Virus record (IMG/VR): IMGVR_UViG_3300025684_000011
Strand: one strand, 5' to 3'
Source of the DNA: a virus
DNA: 64,000 nt
How positions within the stretch are numbered: position 1 is the first letter of the stretch; each line of letters starts with the position of its first letter. Made by a program: the position numbers and the translations under genes. The notes under the pieces were generated by a model. The model was not told the DNA's origin and did no database searches. It saw nothing but the letters and a program-made list of their open reading frames with translations. This document shows, piece after piece, positions 9,801 through 19,298 of this stretch.

Positions 9801-12800
9801 TCAACTAAGTTGCCAACTCCTGCACTTGGTAACCAATTATTTTTCTTGACATAGTCTGGTGTTATATCTGATCGAGCTATGGTTTTAAAATTAATATCTT
9901 TTGATCTTGATACCCATCTACTATCATTCTTTAGTATATCAATAATGTTATCGCTTCTAAAGTCAACATCATCTTCGCCTTCTTTAAAACGTATAATCTG
10001 TCTGGTACTTGTCATGTCTTCTGCTCTGACTTCTATTTCCCAAACACGTCTATTACCTAACTTTCCAAATTCTCCATCAGTAAATAACCACTGTTCGTTA
10101 ATTTCTAAATCCTGTAATGTTCCTGGAATGTCAATAGCTGAATTCCTAAACAAAGCGTTAATTGCTAGATTAGTTCCTGATGCTGAATTTAATCCCTGTT
10201 TGTAAGCAAACTCAACCGATTCATCTGAAATGATTTCTTCTATAATTGATTTTTTAGAAGGTATAATATCTCCCTTACTAACGTCACTTAAGAATGTGTT
10301 AAACTGGCTCTTCTCTAAATCTCTTGACTTAACAATATCTGTTGCTAAACTTTCTAATCCAGGTAGTAATCCTGTATTTGTTACAATCACTCCTTGTGCA
10401 AATGGCTTTCCGTCCCAACCTCTTGTTCTTCTAGCAACCATTTTTAGATTTTGTAATCTATACTGTAATTGGCTATTATTGATTACATCACCAAATCTAG
10501 TAGAGTTATTAAAGAAGAATATATGATCATAACTTCTTAAAGAGAAGTCAATAAATGTAACTTGCTTTTTTGAAGTAATTTCTACAAGGTCTTGTTTTTC
10601 GTTATAATTTCTAGATATTAATAAGTCATTTGGTTGTGCTAATTTTCCGTCTGAAAATATAATCTTTCCTCGTCTAGTTAAATCATTGTCTAACTTGTCT
10701 AAATGTCCTAGTTGGTGTTCGTATAAAAATCCTTTAGAGTCAATTGGTCCACCTAACCAGTAAGTATCTGTTCCCCAATTTTCACCAATCCAGGTCATTG
10801 CATCTAATGCTACCTGTTCCCAATTACCAACAGTTCCTCTTGAATTTAATTTATCAAAAACTAAACCATTGCGTTCTTGTAATGCTTGCACACCTATAAA
10901 GAATTCGTACAATTCTTGTTTTGTCTCAAACTTGTGACCGTAAGGAATATTAATAACATCTGTTTCATGTTGTTTGTATAATATAAGAGTGTCAGTATCT
11001 GTTTCTACAGTTCTTTGAAATGTTCCACTTGTACCATCTTTAATTGGTAATACAGTAGTGAAGTATCGTTGTTCTGGGTCAAAACCATAAACTCTAAAAC
11101 CGTCATCTTCTCGTTCTAGTCTTACTGCACTATACCTTAAGTCGTTAGTACTAACTCCTGCATCTAATGTTAAGTTAAAATCCTCGTCTGGAACAAATGT
11201 TCCATCAGATACTTTTGCATGTGGCATTTTAAATCTAGCTTCTTGATTGCTAAATCCACCCATACCAAACATTAACACAACTCCTAGATTTTCTAGTTCA
11301 TTAATTACTTCTGATCCTGGGAAGTTTAACTCTTTATTACTTTCAAAAAGTAATGCTCCAATACCAACTGTTGGTCTTAGTTGTACCCAAGGAACATCTG
11401 GAAAAATACTATACTGTCCTAAGGCTTCTGTTGTATTATTATTGTTTGTTACAACATAAGGATTAATTCCTTTTTCTACAAATTCGTTTACAGTATTATT
11501 ATTTCCAATTTTATCAAAGATCTGATGGTATGCTCCTGCAGAGCTTCTTGCCCATAAGTCTTCCCACACGCCATAGCTACCAATTTCCCAAGGTGCTCCG
11601 GCGGCGTCTTCTGTTACAGTTATTCCTAACCAATCATTTGGATGTATAAGTTTAACGTCTGTTGTAACTGGAAAGCCGTTTGGATATTCTCTTCTAGAGC
11701 CATAATCATATACTGCAGGTGTTCCTGGTTCGCTTACAAGACCTGTTTCTAACGCTGATTCTAATGCAACACGCTGGGTTGGCTCTCCCCATTGATAATG
11801 ATGATCCCACCAGTCTGGTTTATTGCTAAAGTTTAATATTTCCCAAGGACGGCTATCAGGCTGATAAGTTCCAAACAGTCTAATGTACATTCCTCTCCAA
11901 CTTTCGCCGTTGTAATTCCATGTCCACGGATCTGCAAAATCAAAATCTTGTGAACGGTCTCTGAAGTCAATATCGTTGGATTGAAACCACCTAACTTCAG
12001 CTAACGAACGTAGGCTGGTAATATCAGGATTACAATATAACCCTGAATTTTCTCTTAACGTGGCTCCTGGCAATTCTATACAGCTGACATAAATTCTTCT
12101 TTCTAATTCTAATATTAAGTAGTCTCTTGGATCAGGTGCCGAATAAATGTTATCTTGGTGGGCCATTACTTTACTGCCGTCATGTCTTAAAATTAAGAAT
12201 CGATCAAACATTCCCCATCGTTCTCTAATAAGTTCTGGCTTGGTTAGTCCTTTCAATCCTAGCTTAGTAGGACTTGCTGGTACTCCGCTCAATAAAGGAG
12301 TTGCGGAACCTCTGTAATAAATTGCTACTATACTTCCTTCACTAACTGGATTTGAAAATATTACATTAGGAGTAGTATCAACACTATATCCTTCAATTTG
12401 TAATATATTATCAACATAAACATATACATGATCTGGATCATATTCGTCTTGGTTTAATATACTACTACCAATGTTAACTGCAAAAGTTGTTTCGTTAGTT
12501 CCTTGAACAGTATAGTTAACTTTAAGCATATTAGTAGTAGAGAAAACCATTCCACTTTCAGCATCTGTTGAATTTGTATTAACTTCAATGTTTAATTGAT
12601 CTAACATTAAATCTAATATTTCTCTTGAATTTGATGTTGTTACTTCGTATGCATTATTAAAAGTTTCTACTAACTTAATAAAACGTCTATGCCATCTCCA
12701 TGCATTCATACTTCTGTTAATAACTACTTCACCTAAATCAGGGTTTAATCTTTGTGTTGTCCACATTCCTCTCATTGCTGAAATGTCAGCAGTATAAGAT

Positions 12801-15721
12801 CCATTTAGTGAAGGAATTTGAAAACTATTACTCCAGTTTTCATTTCCTCTTGAGTTGGCTAATATATTTTTCTCAAATGATTCATTTAATATTGAAGGAG
12901 TTACTCCGTTTACAAAAGAAATGTTTTGTGTTGGATTATATGCTAATCCAGGAATTGCTGTACAATGTTGACTCTTTACATCAGCATTGGTTACAAATTC
13001 TCCTTGGTGCATTATTTCAACAGATTTGTTATCTTCGTGTTCTTCTAATGTAATTGAAAAACCTGTGGCAAAATTATCTGCATCTCTACTAACAGTTGGT
13101 GTCCAGCTTGTAATAACTCCATTAACTTTTACTTTTAAAGTTCTAGGATCATTTTTTGGTTCAATTATCATTAAAGGTACAGAGTAATAGTTTGGTCCAA
13201 ACTTAGCAGTATAAAATCCAACATCTAATGCTGTATCTACTTTTATAATTCCTTGAGCATCTGCTGTACCTGATAGTACTAACGTATTACTATCATCATA
13301 TATGTTTACATCTGTTAACGCAGTAGTCTTTAATATTAAAGGTTCATTAGATCCTCCAACTATCATATTGTAAACTACATTTTTAAAATTGTCTGCATGT
13401 TGTACAAGAATGTTATCACCGTGTGGCACTATTACCCATTCATATGTTGGCCATGCACTCTTTGAAAATTCTATTCCGTTGACTATGTCTGTGCTATTAA
13501 TTCTTAAACTAGCCCAACTCTTTAATCTAAACCAAGCCTTAAGAACACCAGTACTCATTCCGTCATTAACACTTTGTGGTAATCCTGTAACTACCGAATG
13601 TAATCGTCTAAAGTTAATTGGTCCTGGAACATCTGCATCTCTATCCCCAGAATTTAAAAACTTTGTAGCATCTTGTAATGTATAGTTAAACAATATATCT
13701 GCTGGTTTATTTTTAGAATTATTGTTTAATTCAACTGAAAAGTTACTGTTATCAAACGATAATCTAAATCCACTTTCTTTATCTGCAGAACCACTTCCGT
13801 CTTTATACTCAATAATAGTTGAACTCTGTCTAGTTGGAACGTCACCAAGTTGTTCTGCCCATTTATCCAAAGGAACTTGGTTTCTATCATATAGTCTCCA
13901 TAAAGGTACATGCGTTCTGCTCAATCTTGTCTGCGCCGGGTATACAACTGATCCGTCTACCTTATATTCAAAGTATGCTTTTAACCCAGCTCTGATATAC
14001 ATAGACTGTCCATCTTTAGGTGTATCAATAATAAAGTGTGTGCATATTCCTTGACTGTTAGCTCTAAAGACAATTATTTTATTTTTGTAAGCACCGTCTC
14101 TCAACCATAATATATTTTCACCAAATAATCTTATACCTTGTCTTTGTCTTACTGCAATTAAGTTCAAGTCAGTGAGTGCAGTACGAGCTTTTTGATTTGT
14201 ACTAAATGCTTGAGTTAGAAAATTTTCTATCGCTACTTCGTCACCATTAATTAACGCCTGATAAATTAATTCATTACGAGCTTGTTCAGCAGATCCTAAG
14301 AACATATCTACTAATATTCTTATAATATTTAATCCAACATAATCATCTGGTTGCTGTGAAACTCCTTCTTCGTTTTCAGCTACTGCTCCAATTCTTCCTT
14401 TAAAAGTAGTTCCATGGTTAAAAGTTTCTAAACTATTCTCAAATTCAATAATAGGTCTTAGAGCAACGTCTTTATCTGAAACAATGTCTGATTGTTTAAT
14501 ATTAAGAAAATTACAAGTTTCATTAATTGTGTCTTTATGAATCCAAACATTTGATCTAGAGAATGCACTTCTATTTTCTGCACCAGCTTCTTGTGTAACA
14601 TAATGCTTTTGATTTATTCCTAGTATGTCGCCTTCCCATGATAGTTCGTCCCATGATAAATTAGTCTGATCCCACAATGATGTTAGTTCAGTACTATAAA
14701 CTGTTTGTCTATCTTGGTGTGATTGAGATAATAACTTAATTCCAGAAGGAGTACCAACCCCAGAAACTTGAAAAACTCTTTGAGTGTTTACTGAACCTAC
14801 TTGTAAAATTTCATCAGCATTAACATAGTAATCGTTTAACGTGAGAATAACCTGAGATCCTACTGCTGGTATACTTGTTGCATTCCATATAATGCTTTCT
14901 CCTACAAAATCAAAGTCGTTGTTTTGTCCAACAGTTTTAACAACTCCGTCAACTTCTACTACTACTTTTAAGAATTTACTAAATCCCCATTCTCCAGAAA
15001 CCTCATTATAGAAATCTAATTGGTTGGTTCCGTCAGCAATATGTGATTCTGAAATTGTGCCGTTAATTGATTCTCTGCCATCTACTGTCTTTTTAAAACT
15101 AACTCTCATTCCATTTTTAAGAGATAGTGTTCTTCCGTTTGCTTGTAAAGGTGTTGTATAATATTGCTTTCCAATAATATCACTGAGAATATTAATTGGA
15201 GCACTTGTATCTGAAATGATTGATCCAGTTAAATGTATAATTGGAACCTGAGGAGCAACCCACATATAGTTACTCCAGTTAATAAATTTATCTGGGTTAA
15301 TTGGAAAATCATTTACACTTACAGGAACCAAAGGTTCGTTGTCATGCTCGTCAAGAAAGCCTTGCGATAATGCAAGATTATCTGATGTTAATGTGTAAAC
15401 CTTATTATCATTTCTTCTAACAACTATTCCTTCTTCTAGTTGTCGTTTTTTATTATCTGCTGTAGGTAAAAAGTCATTGTTTGAAGAAGTTAATTGCCCT
15501 GAAGCCGCAGTTGGCCTGCCAATATTATAGTTTACATTTTCAATAACATTAGGTTGAAACATGTCTTCAACTGTTGCTGTAAATAACTTCTTATTAATAT
15601 CTGTTTTAAAGATATCAGGTAAAAGATTTATTGCAAGAGGATCAACCTTCTCTACTTTCTTTTCGTTGGTATATGTATTGCTTTCAATACTTTTACCATT
15701 AAACTTTTTAGCATTTGCCAT
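6809..15721 (-). CDS. Giant baseplate wedge protein (gp7-like position)
   Basis: 2970-aa ORF directly after the gp6-like gene; YIQEVKPYHTK near the C-terminus; DKFINWSNYMW near the N-terminus. Confidence 0.7.
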   Translation of the reverse strand: MANAKKFNGKSIESNTYTNEKKVEKVDPLAINLLPDIFKTDINKKLFTATVEDMFQPNVIENVNYNIGRPTAASGQLTSSNNDFLPTADNKKRQLEEGIVVRRNDNKVYTLTSDNLALSQGFLDEHDNEPLVPVSVNDFPINPDKFINWSNYMWVAPQVPIIHLTGSIISDTSAPINILSDIIGKQYYTTPLQANGRTLSLKNGMRVSFKKTVDGRESINGTISESHIADGTNQLDFYNEVSGEWGFSKFLKVVVEVDGVVKTVGQNNDFDFVGESIIWNATSIPAVGSQVILTLNDYYVNADEILQVGSVNTQRVFQVSGVGTPSGIKLLSQSHQDRQTVYSTELTSLWDQTNLSWDELSWEGDILGINQKHYVTQEAGAENRSAFSRSNVWIHKDTINETCNFLNIKQSDIVSDKDVALRPIIEFENSLETFNHGTTFKGRIGAVAENEEGVSQQPDDYVGLNIIRILVDMFLGSAEQARNELIYQALINGDEVAIENFLTQAFSTNQKARTALTDLNLIAVRQRQGIRLFGENILWLRDGAYKNKIIVFRANSQGICTHFIIDTPKDGQSMYIRAGLKAYFEYKVDGSVVYPAQTRLSRTHVPLWRLYDRNQVPLDKWAEQLGDVPTRQSSTIIEYKDGSGSADKESGFRLSFDNSNFSVELNNNSKNKPADILFNYTLQDATKFLNSGDRDADVPGPINFRRLHSVVTGLPQSVNDGMSTGVLKAWFRLKSWASLRINSTDIVNGIEFSKSAWPTYEWVIVPHGDNILVQHADNFKNVVYNMIVGGSNEPLILKTTALTDVNIYDDSNTLVLSGTADAQGIIKVDTALDVGFYTAKFGPNYYSVPLMIIEPKNDPRTLKVKVNGVITSWTPTVSRDADNFATGFSITLEEHEDNKSVEIMHQGEFVTNADVKSQHCTAIPGLAYNPTQNISFVNGVTPSILNESFEKNILANSRGNENWSNSFQIPSLNGSYTADISAMRGMWTTQRLNPDLGEVVINRSMNAWRWHRRFIKLVETFNNAYEVTTSNSREILDLMLDQLNIEVNTNSTDAESGMVFSTTNMLKVNYTVQGTNETTFAVNIGSSILNQDEYDPDHVYVYVDNILQIEGYSVDTTPNVIFSNPVSEGSIVAIYYRGSATPLLSGVPASPTKLGLKGLTKPELIRERWGMFDRFLILRHDGSKVMAHQDNIYSAPDPRDYLILELERRIYVSCIELPGATLRENSGLYCNPDITSLRSLAEVRWFQSNDIDFRDRSQDFDFADPWTWNYNGESWRGMYIRLFGTYQPDSRPWEILNFSNKPDWWDHHYQWGEPTQRVALESALETGLVSEPGTPAVYDYGSRREYPNGFPVTTDVKLIHPNDWLGITVTEDAAGAPWEIGSYGVWEDLWARSSAGAYHQIFDKIGNNNTVNEFVEKGINPYVVTNNNNTTEALGQYSIFPDVPWVQLRPTVGIGALLFESNKELNFPGSEVINELENLGVVLMFGMGGFSNQEARFKMPHAKVSDGTFVPDEDFNLTLDAGVSTNDLRYSAVRLEREDDGFRVYGFDPEQRYFTTVLPIKDGTSGTFQRTVETDTDTLILYKQHETDVINIPYGHKFETKQELYEFFIGVQALQERNGLVFDKLNSRGTVGNWEQVALDAMTWIGENWGTDTYWLGGPIDSKGFLYEHQLGHLDKLDNDLTRRGKIIFSDGKLAQPNDLLISRNYNEKQDLVEITSKKQVTFIDFSLRSYDHIFFFNNSTRFGDVINNSQLQYRLQNLKMVARRTRGWDGKPFAQGVIVTNTGLLPGLESLATDIVKSRDLEKSQFNTFLSDVSKGDIIPSKKSIIEEIISDESVEFAYKQGLNSASGTNLAINALFRNSAIDIPGTLQDLEINEQWLFTDGEFGKLGNRRVWEIEVRAEDMTSTRQIIRFKEGEDDVDFRSDNIIDILKNDSRWVSRSKDINFKTIARSDITPDYVKKNNWLPSAGVGNLVETNVQKRSVNELVGSNIGLFEDDKFERLDELRSFSKFGVYKEGDRVFNNGLLYQAIENVTGGQNTAFDSAQWTVVTEDAISLPPTVWLSDFNFKDFTTTETGETEVSWNILQGTVPALINEICPNGDPALEESKVTFANAHGLAVDDMLLILGTTEETIRTFHVVTKVIDAYNILVPTRVSTKTENLVSITMMNTKGKTTADLPTNLTNIAVGTKFYLEPDSTAQGEYTVYEFNGTAWIINEEATTLQGNMVDSTAIDSITLLDGDTGNKIANIELFDPYKGFTIDDVVQYLNYRQGVDPAVYNIDEFGNEELDATTYWENTQIGKLWWDTSKLRYAEYEQRNNVEYRANYWGEQFADSEVEIYEWYSSDEEPAVDTHPDARIDYSDGDGIIRYTENQEYNNNGALVTKYYYWSKNPSNIPAGAKRTYSALAIQSALNSPDIAGITWASPIATNALVLSNANGFLASRKSVILRIVERTDGLQQHVNSLLVSEGKSGSVIPEYLFRRLKTSISGRDQYRRTHALKEWIPNTLYNEGDVVINYNLSQVVTTSTYNDNDVPVVKFLNDTREKVEGVLRPIYQIDEGTGNLVDSLGNVFALSTDLRLETKKKLHRPMLITNKTGYTSTSDFVADALSDWNMVVSGATAVQKAGGLNGEYLAVIPARRRVPDTKLHPLRRYGNQYVPLPQTWYKDIKEARRNFVYSANKYLLQANVVSKATYDAHLLTYQPLFGPYVKDLTPYWEFVDYLGTGYVAGSEQAFVDNLSEITTLSSNITVFGLLDSNGELERSFNKNGLDIELVFQRDGTIQFLDTVWDGSLGDAWDTARWDKFPWDEDGSEVLESLLTALREDLLVTNDIGFFNLFFFDMVKESLNQIPNSSWAIKSTYLDISKTSSDDLRGVSLFYDKLAEQVATYIQEVKPYHTKIANFNNKLSSNDTINVGITESLIMTIETEEFTVSIDDAVLTDEDGNTINFLNPDVSTSTLVEVDPNGASEVVPTI

Positions 15722-15726
15722 TTATG

Positions 15727-18700
15727 TTAAGCCCTTCTTGGTAACGGAACTTGTTCGGTTGTAATAATTTCAATATTATCTGCTGTAGCACTACTAATAA
15801 ACAACTCGTTTTCTTCGCATTTGATTTGAAATATATCACTAACCGATACTGTTGCTTGTACAGGTACTAAAGCTACACTTGAGACAACTCCAGCTAATTG
15901 CTGATGTATCCATGCCGCCATATCTGTAAAATAAAATGTTTCTCCAAAATCCCAGTTTTCAACTGAGAAATAATCGTTAATTGATGCAATTACTCTACTT
16001 CTAACTTCTGCATTACTTACTTTAGTCCCGTCGCTTCTTGTTACTCTAATTGTTACTTGATCTCTAATGTTTGCATTTTCTCCAAATATAATTTTATATT
16101 TTATTGGATGATATATTATAGTATCACTTACACTTTTATAAGGAGTAATGCTAGACATAAAGTCACTAAGTTCAGTTGACGTCATTGTAGTTGGAACCTC
16201 GTCAAATTCTGTTCCGGTTGCTAACCAATTTCTAAAATTAGAATCATATTCGTCTGTTAATACAAACATATCAATAATATTAGTAGTTGTTGCATCTACT
16301 CTGTTTTCCCTTAAAGGAACATGATTATGTTGTATTGTTAGGCTTTGCCTTCCAGTAACTGTTTTTGAAGGAGTTGTAATATCGTTTATAGCTCTTGGTG
16401 CTAAAGTGAACTGACCTTCTGCATCATCAAATTCCTTTTCTACTAGCTCAATAGTTTGCGATACTCCTTGTACTGTAAATATTAAACTAAACAAGTTAGG
16501 ATTTTTAGGAATTAAATCATCACTGATTCCTGGAAGTTGTACAATAACTCTCTTAGGATCATACCTACCATCATCAAGTGTAAAGTAATCTGATACTTCT
16601 AGTTCTGCTCTCCTTGTAACACCTGGATTGTTTGCGGCACTACTTGAAAGTACTTGTACTGTATCTTGGATAACTCTTCTAGTTACAGAATCCAATGCTT
16701 GTCCAAATTTTTGATTGTGAAAAACTATTTGTGATTCACTACCTAGTACTACAATATCTCTTCTTGTAGTTGCTGTCCAAGTATTACTATCATTTCTATG
16801 AGTAAAACGTAGTAACCAACTTGTACCAACAGTAGATGAATCAAAATCTCCTTCAATGACTATTTCATCTGCGTTAATAATCTTCCAATCATCTAATACA
16901 TGATCGTAACGTAAACCAAAGTTTCGTTGTGCTTGTAATTCATCTAAGATGTTTCTTTTTTCGCCATCTGTAAATACAACACGAAGATTAGGCATCCAGG
17001 ACACTACGTCTTGGTTTGCAGAAATTCCTTCAATAAACACAGCTCCTTCACCGTTTGCTCTTTTTCCTGTGTTAACACCGTCTGATGATGTTAATCCAAA
17101 TCCATCTCTGAAAACATCTTGTATCTTGTACCAGCCTAAATCGGCTAGTCTAACTAAAGAATTTTTCTTTAATGTTCTTATATCTTGTTCTACTGAACTT
17201 CTTCCAATTCTTTTAGGATCAACATTGCCTGTAAAGTATCCATGTGTTGATCCAATTGTAGTATCTACTGTTTTCCAATAAACTGGGTTTGCAGGTGAGA
17301 TAGGTGTAAATCTTCTGTAGTATAACTGATGTAAAGGACGATACTGTAGTGTATCTAATAACCATTTCATAATTTTGTTTGTTCCAACTGAGTCAGCTAT
17401 TTTTGTGTCTACAGTTGATTCGTCAGTATATAAAAATGCATCATCTGCCAATGTAATAACTGGTCTATAAGATGCTGTTGGATCAGCTAAATCTGAGTAC
17501 AGGCTTTGTCCTGTGTGTATTCTGTTTATAGATTTTATTCTAGATATACCAGACACTTTACCTTGAGGATAATTATTATAATCATCTGCTGTAATCATTC
17601 TATTTTGACTAGCGGCGGTTCTGCTTGCATTATTTTTAATGTCAGTAATAGACTCACTCTCGATGCCAGCCATGTTATTTTTAGGACTAATATTACAAAC
17701 TATTTCTTGAGGCTGTCCTAAAGAATCTACATAAACTAAATTTAAATCTACATCAGTAGTTTCGCCTTTTTGTATAATAAAGTCTTCGTTAGCACTAACT
17801 CTAAACCAAATTCTAATATTACCAAATGGTACATTACCAAATGATCCATTGCCAAATTTAATTGATATCTGGTCGTTAGTTCTAGTAATTATTTCAAAGA
17901 TATTTCTATCTTCTTTATCGATATCATTAAAAGATATGTTGTTACCAACAACACTTTCAACCTTTGTCCAATATGTTAATATTGTGCCTGTCTGGTCCAC
18001 AGTTTGTACCCATACATCAGTATCATTGATATTATTTGCATTAATATCAATTACTCTGTTTTCTACAACATTATCAATAATAATATCCTGAAACAGAAGT
18101 GTTCCTTGCTTACAACTAAAGAACCAACCATTTGATTCACTAGCAAATCCTGTTCCGTCATTATTAAAAGTAAGACTCTTTGCATTTAACGGAGATGGTG
18201 GGCTTTCAATTAATGCTCCGTCTTCTAGTGTTACTGGAATAATATCAAACGTATATGATTGTCCTGCTCTACTATTCAATGAAACATTTTCTATCAAGCT
18301 AGAATCATCTGTTTCTTCAAACTCATAAATTTCTCTAGTCATTGCTCCTGACTGAAATGTACTAATTGGTCTTCCGATAGGATTACTTTTACTAAATGCT
18401 TCGTTTAATATTAAGTTAAATTGTTCTTGAAAATCACTGTTTAGCGGATCTGCCCATACAATATTTTGACCTGCTAGGTTGACTCCTCTACTATCGTATA
18501 TTTCTTGAGAACTTGAAATACTGTTAATTCTTAAAAAACCTTCAGCAGTTTTATTTCTATGTGACTTGTATCCTATTTGTCTAGCAATAGATAATACGTT
18601 TTCTCTTACTTCAGCAGTTTCTAAGAATGTTTCTCTTAAATTTAAATCTGCTCTGAATGCTATGTTTTGTCCGAGGAATGAAATTAAATCAACTAATGCA

Positions 18701-18885
18701 ACATATTCACTGCTATTAATAAAGTCATTAAAATCTTCTCCGTAATTAACCTGGATATGATCTAGTAGTGCTTCTCTTAATGATTCAAAATCATATGCTT
18801 TAAAATCTGCATTGACTAAATCTCTATAACTATTAAGCCAGCTCTCTGCGGCGTTTAACTGACTTAGACGCTTTGTCTGACTCAT
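15727..18885 (-). CDS. gp6: Baseplate wedge protein, T4 gp6-like
   Basis: YDFESLREAL, LNLRETFLETAE, IKFGNGSFGNVP and QNRMITADDY motifs characteristic of gp6/baseplate J. Confidence 0.85.
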   Translation of the reverse strand: MSQTKRLSQLNAAESWLNSYRDLVNADFKAYDFESLREALLDHIQVNYGEDFNDFINSSEYVALVDLISFLGQNIAFRADLNLRETFLETAEVRENVLSIARQIGYKSHRNKTAEGFLRINSISSSQEIYDSRGVNLAGQNIVWADPLNSDFQEQFNLILNEAFSKSNPIGRPISTFQSGAMTREIYEFEETDDSSLIENVSLNSRAGQSYTFDIIPVTLEDGALIESPPSPLNAKSLTFNNDGTGFASESNGWFFSCKQGTLLFQDIIIDNVVENRVIDINANNINDTDVWVQTVDQTGTILTYWTKVESVVGNNISFNDIDKEDRNIFEIITRTNDQISIKFGNGSFGNVPFGNIRIWFRVSANEDFIIQKGETTDVDLNLVYVDSLGQPQEIVCNISPKNNMAGIESESITDIKNNASRTAASQNRMITADDYNNYPQGKVSGISRIKSINRIHTGQSLYSDLADPTASYRPVITLADDAFLYTDESTVDTKIADSVGTNKIMKWLLDTLQYRPLHQLYYRRFTPISPANPVYWKTVDTTIGSTHGYFTGNVDPKRIGRSSVEQDIRTLKKNSLVRLADLGWYKIQDVFRDGFGLTSSDGVNTGKRANGEGAVFIEGISANQDVVSWMPNLRVVFTDGEKRNILDELQAQRNFGLRYDHVLDDWKIINADEIVIEGDFDSSTVGTSWLLRFTHRNDSNTWTATTRRDIVVLGSESQIVFHNQKFGQALDSVTRRVIQDTVQVLSSSAANNPGVTRRAELEVSDYFTLDDGRYDPKRVIVQLPGISDDLIPKNPNLFSLIFTVQGVSQTIELVEKEFDDAEGQFTLAPRAINDITTPSKTVTGRQSLTIQHNHVPLRENRVDATTTNIIDMFVLTDEYDSNFRNWLATGTEFDEVPTTMTSTELSDFMSSITPYKSVSDTIIYHPIKYKIIFGENANIRDQVTIRVTRSDGTKVSNAEVRSRVIASINDYFSVENWDFGETFYFTDMAAWIHQQLAGVVSSVALVPVQATVSVSDIFQIKCEENELFISSATADNIEIITTEQVPLPRRA

Positions 18886-19259
18886 TAAAATTCTCCTTTA
18901 TTAAATTCCAAAGGAAGTGTAGTTACTTCATTCTCTGGACGATAAATTAGTGTTACATCAACATTAACTGAATGTTCATTTTCTATTGTCTGAACTTCAA
19001 CGAATTCCCATCTAGGATCTTCTGAAATAATTCTAACAACATCATCTCTTATTAGTTGTCTTGTATTGTCATCAAGTGGATCAAAAAGCAATTCCCATAT
19101 TATACTGCCATGTGACGGTAGCATAATACGTTCGCCTAGCTTTGTTCCAAACTGATTCAATAAATCTTGTTTTGCTAGAGCAAAGTTAGTCAACACTGGT
19201 TTTGTAAAACTAGTGCCTATTGTGCTGTATCCTTTGTATTTTGTTGTCAATGTAGCCAT
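18885..19259 (-). CDS. gp25: Baseplate wedge subunit, gp25/GPW family
   Basis: DLLNQFGTKLGERIMLPSHGSIIWELLFDP...DPR; probable start is ATG at 19259 (MATLTTK) rather than 19274. Confidence 0.85.
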   Translation of the reverse strand: MATLTTKYKGYSTIGTSFTKPVLTNFALAKQDLLNQFGTKLGERIMLPSHGSIIWELLFDPLDDNTRQLIRDDVVRIISEDPRWEFVEVQTIENEHSVNVDVTLIYRPENEVTTLPLEFNKGEF

Positions 19260-19298
19260 AACTATATTTAGCACCCTTATTAAGCAGGGTTATTACTG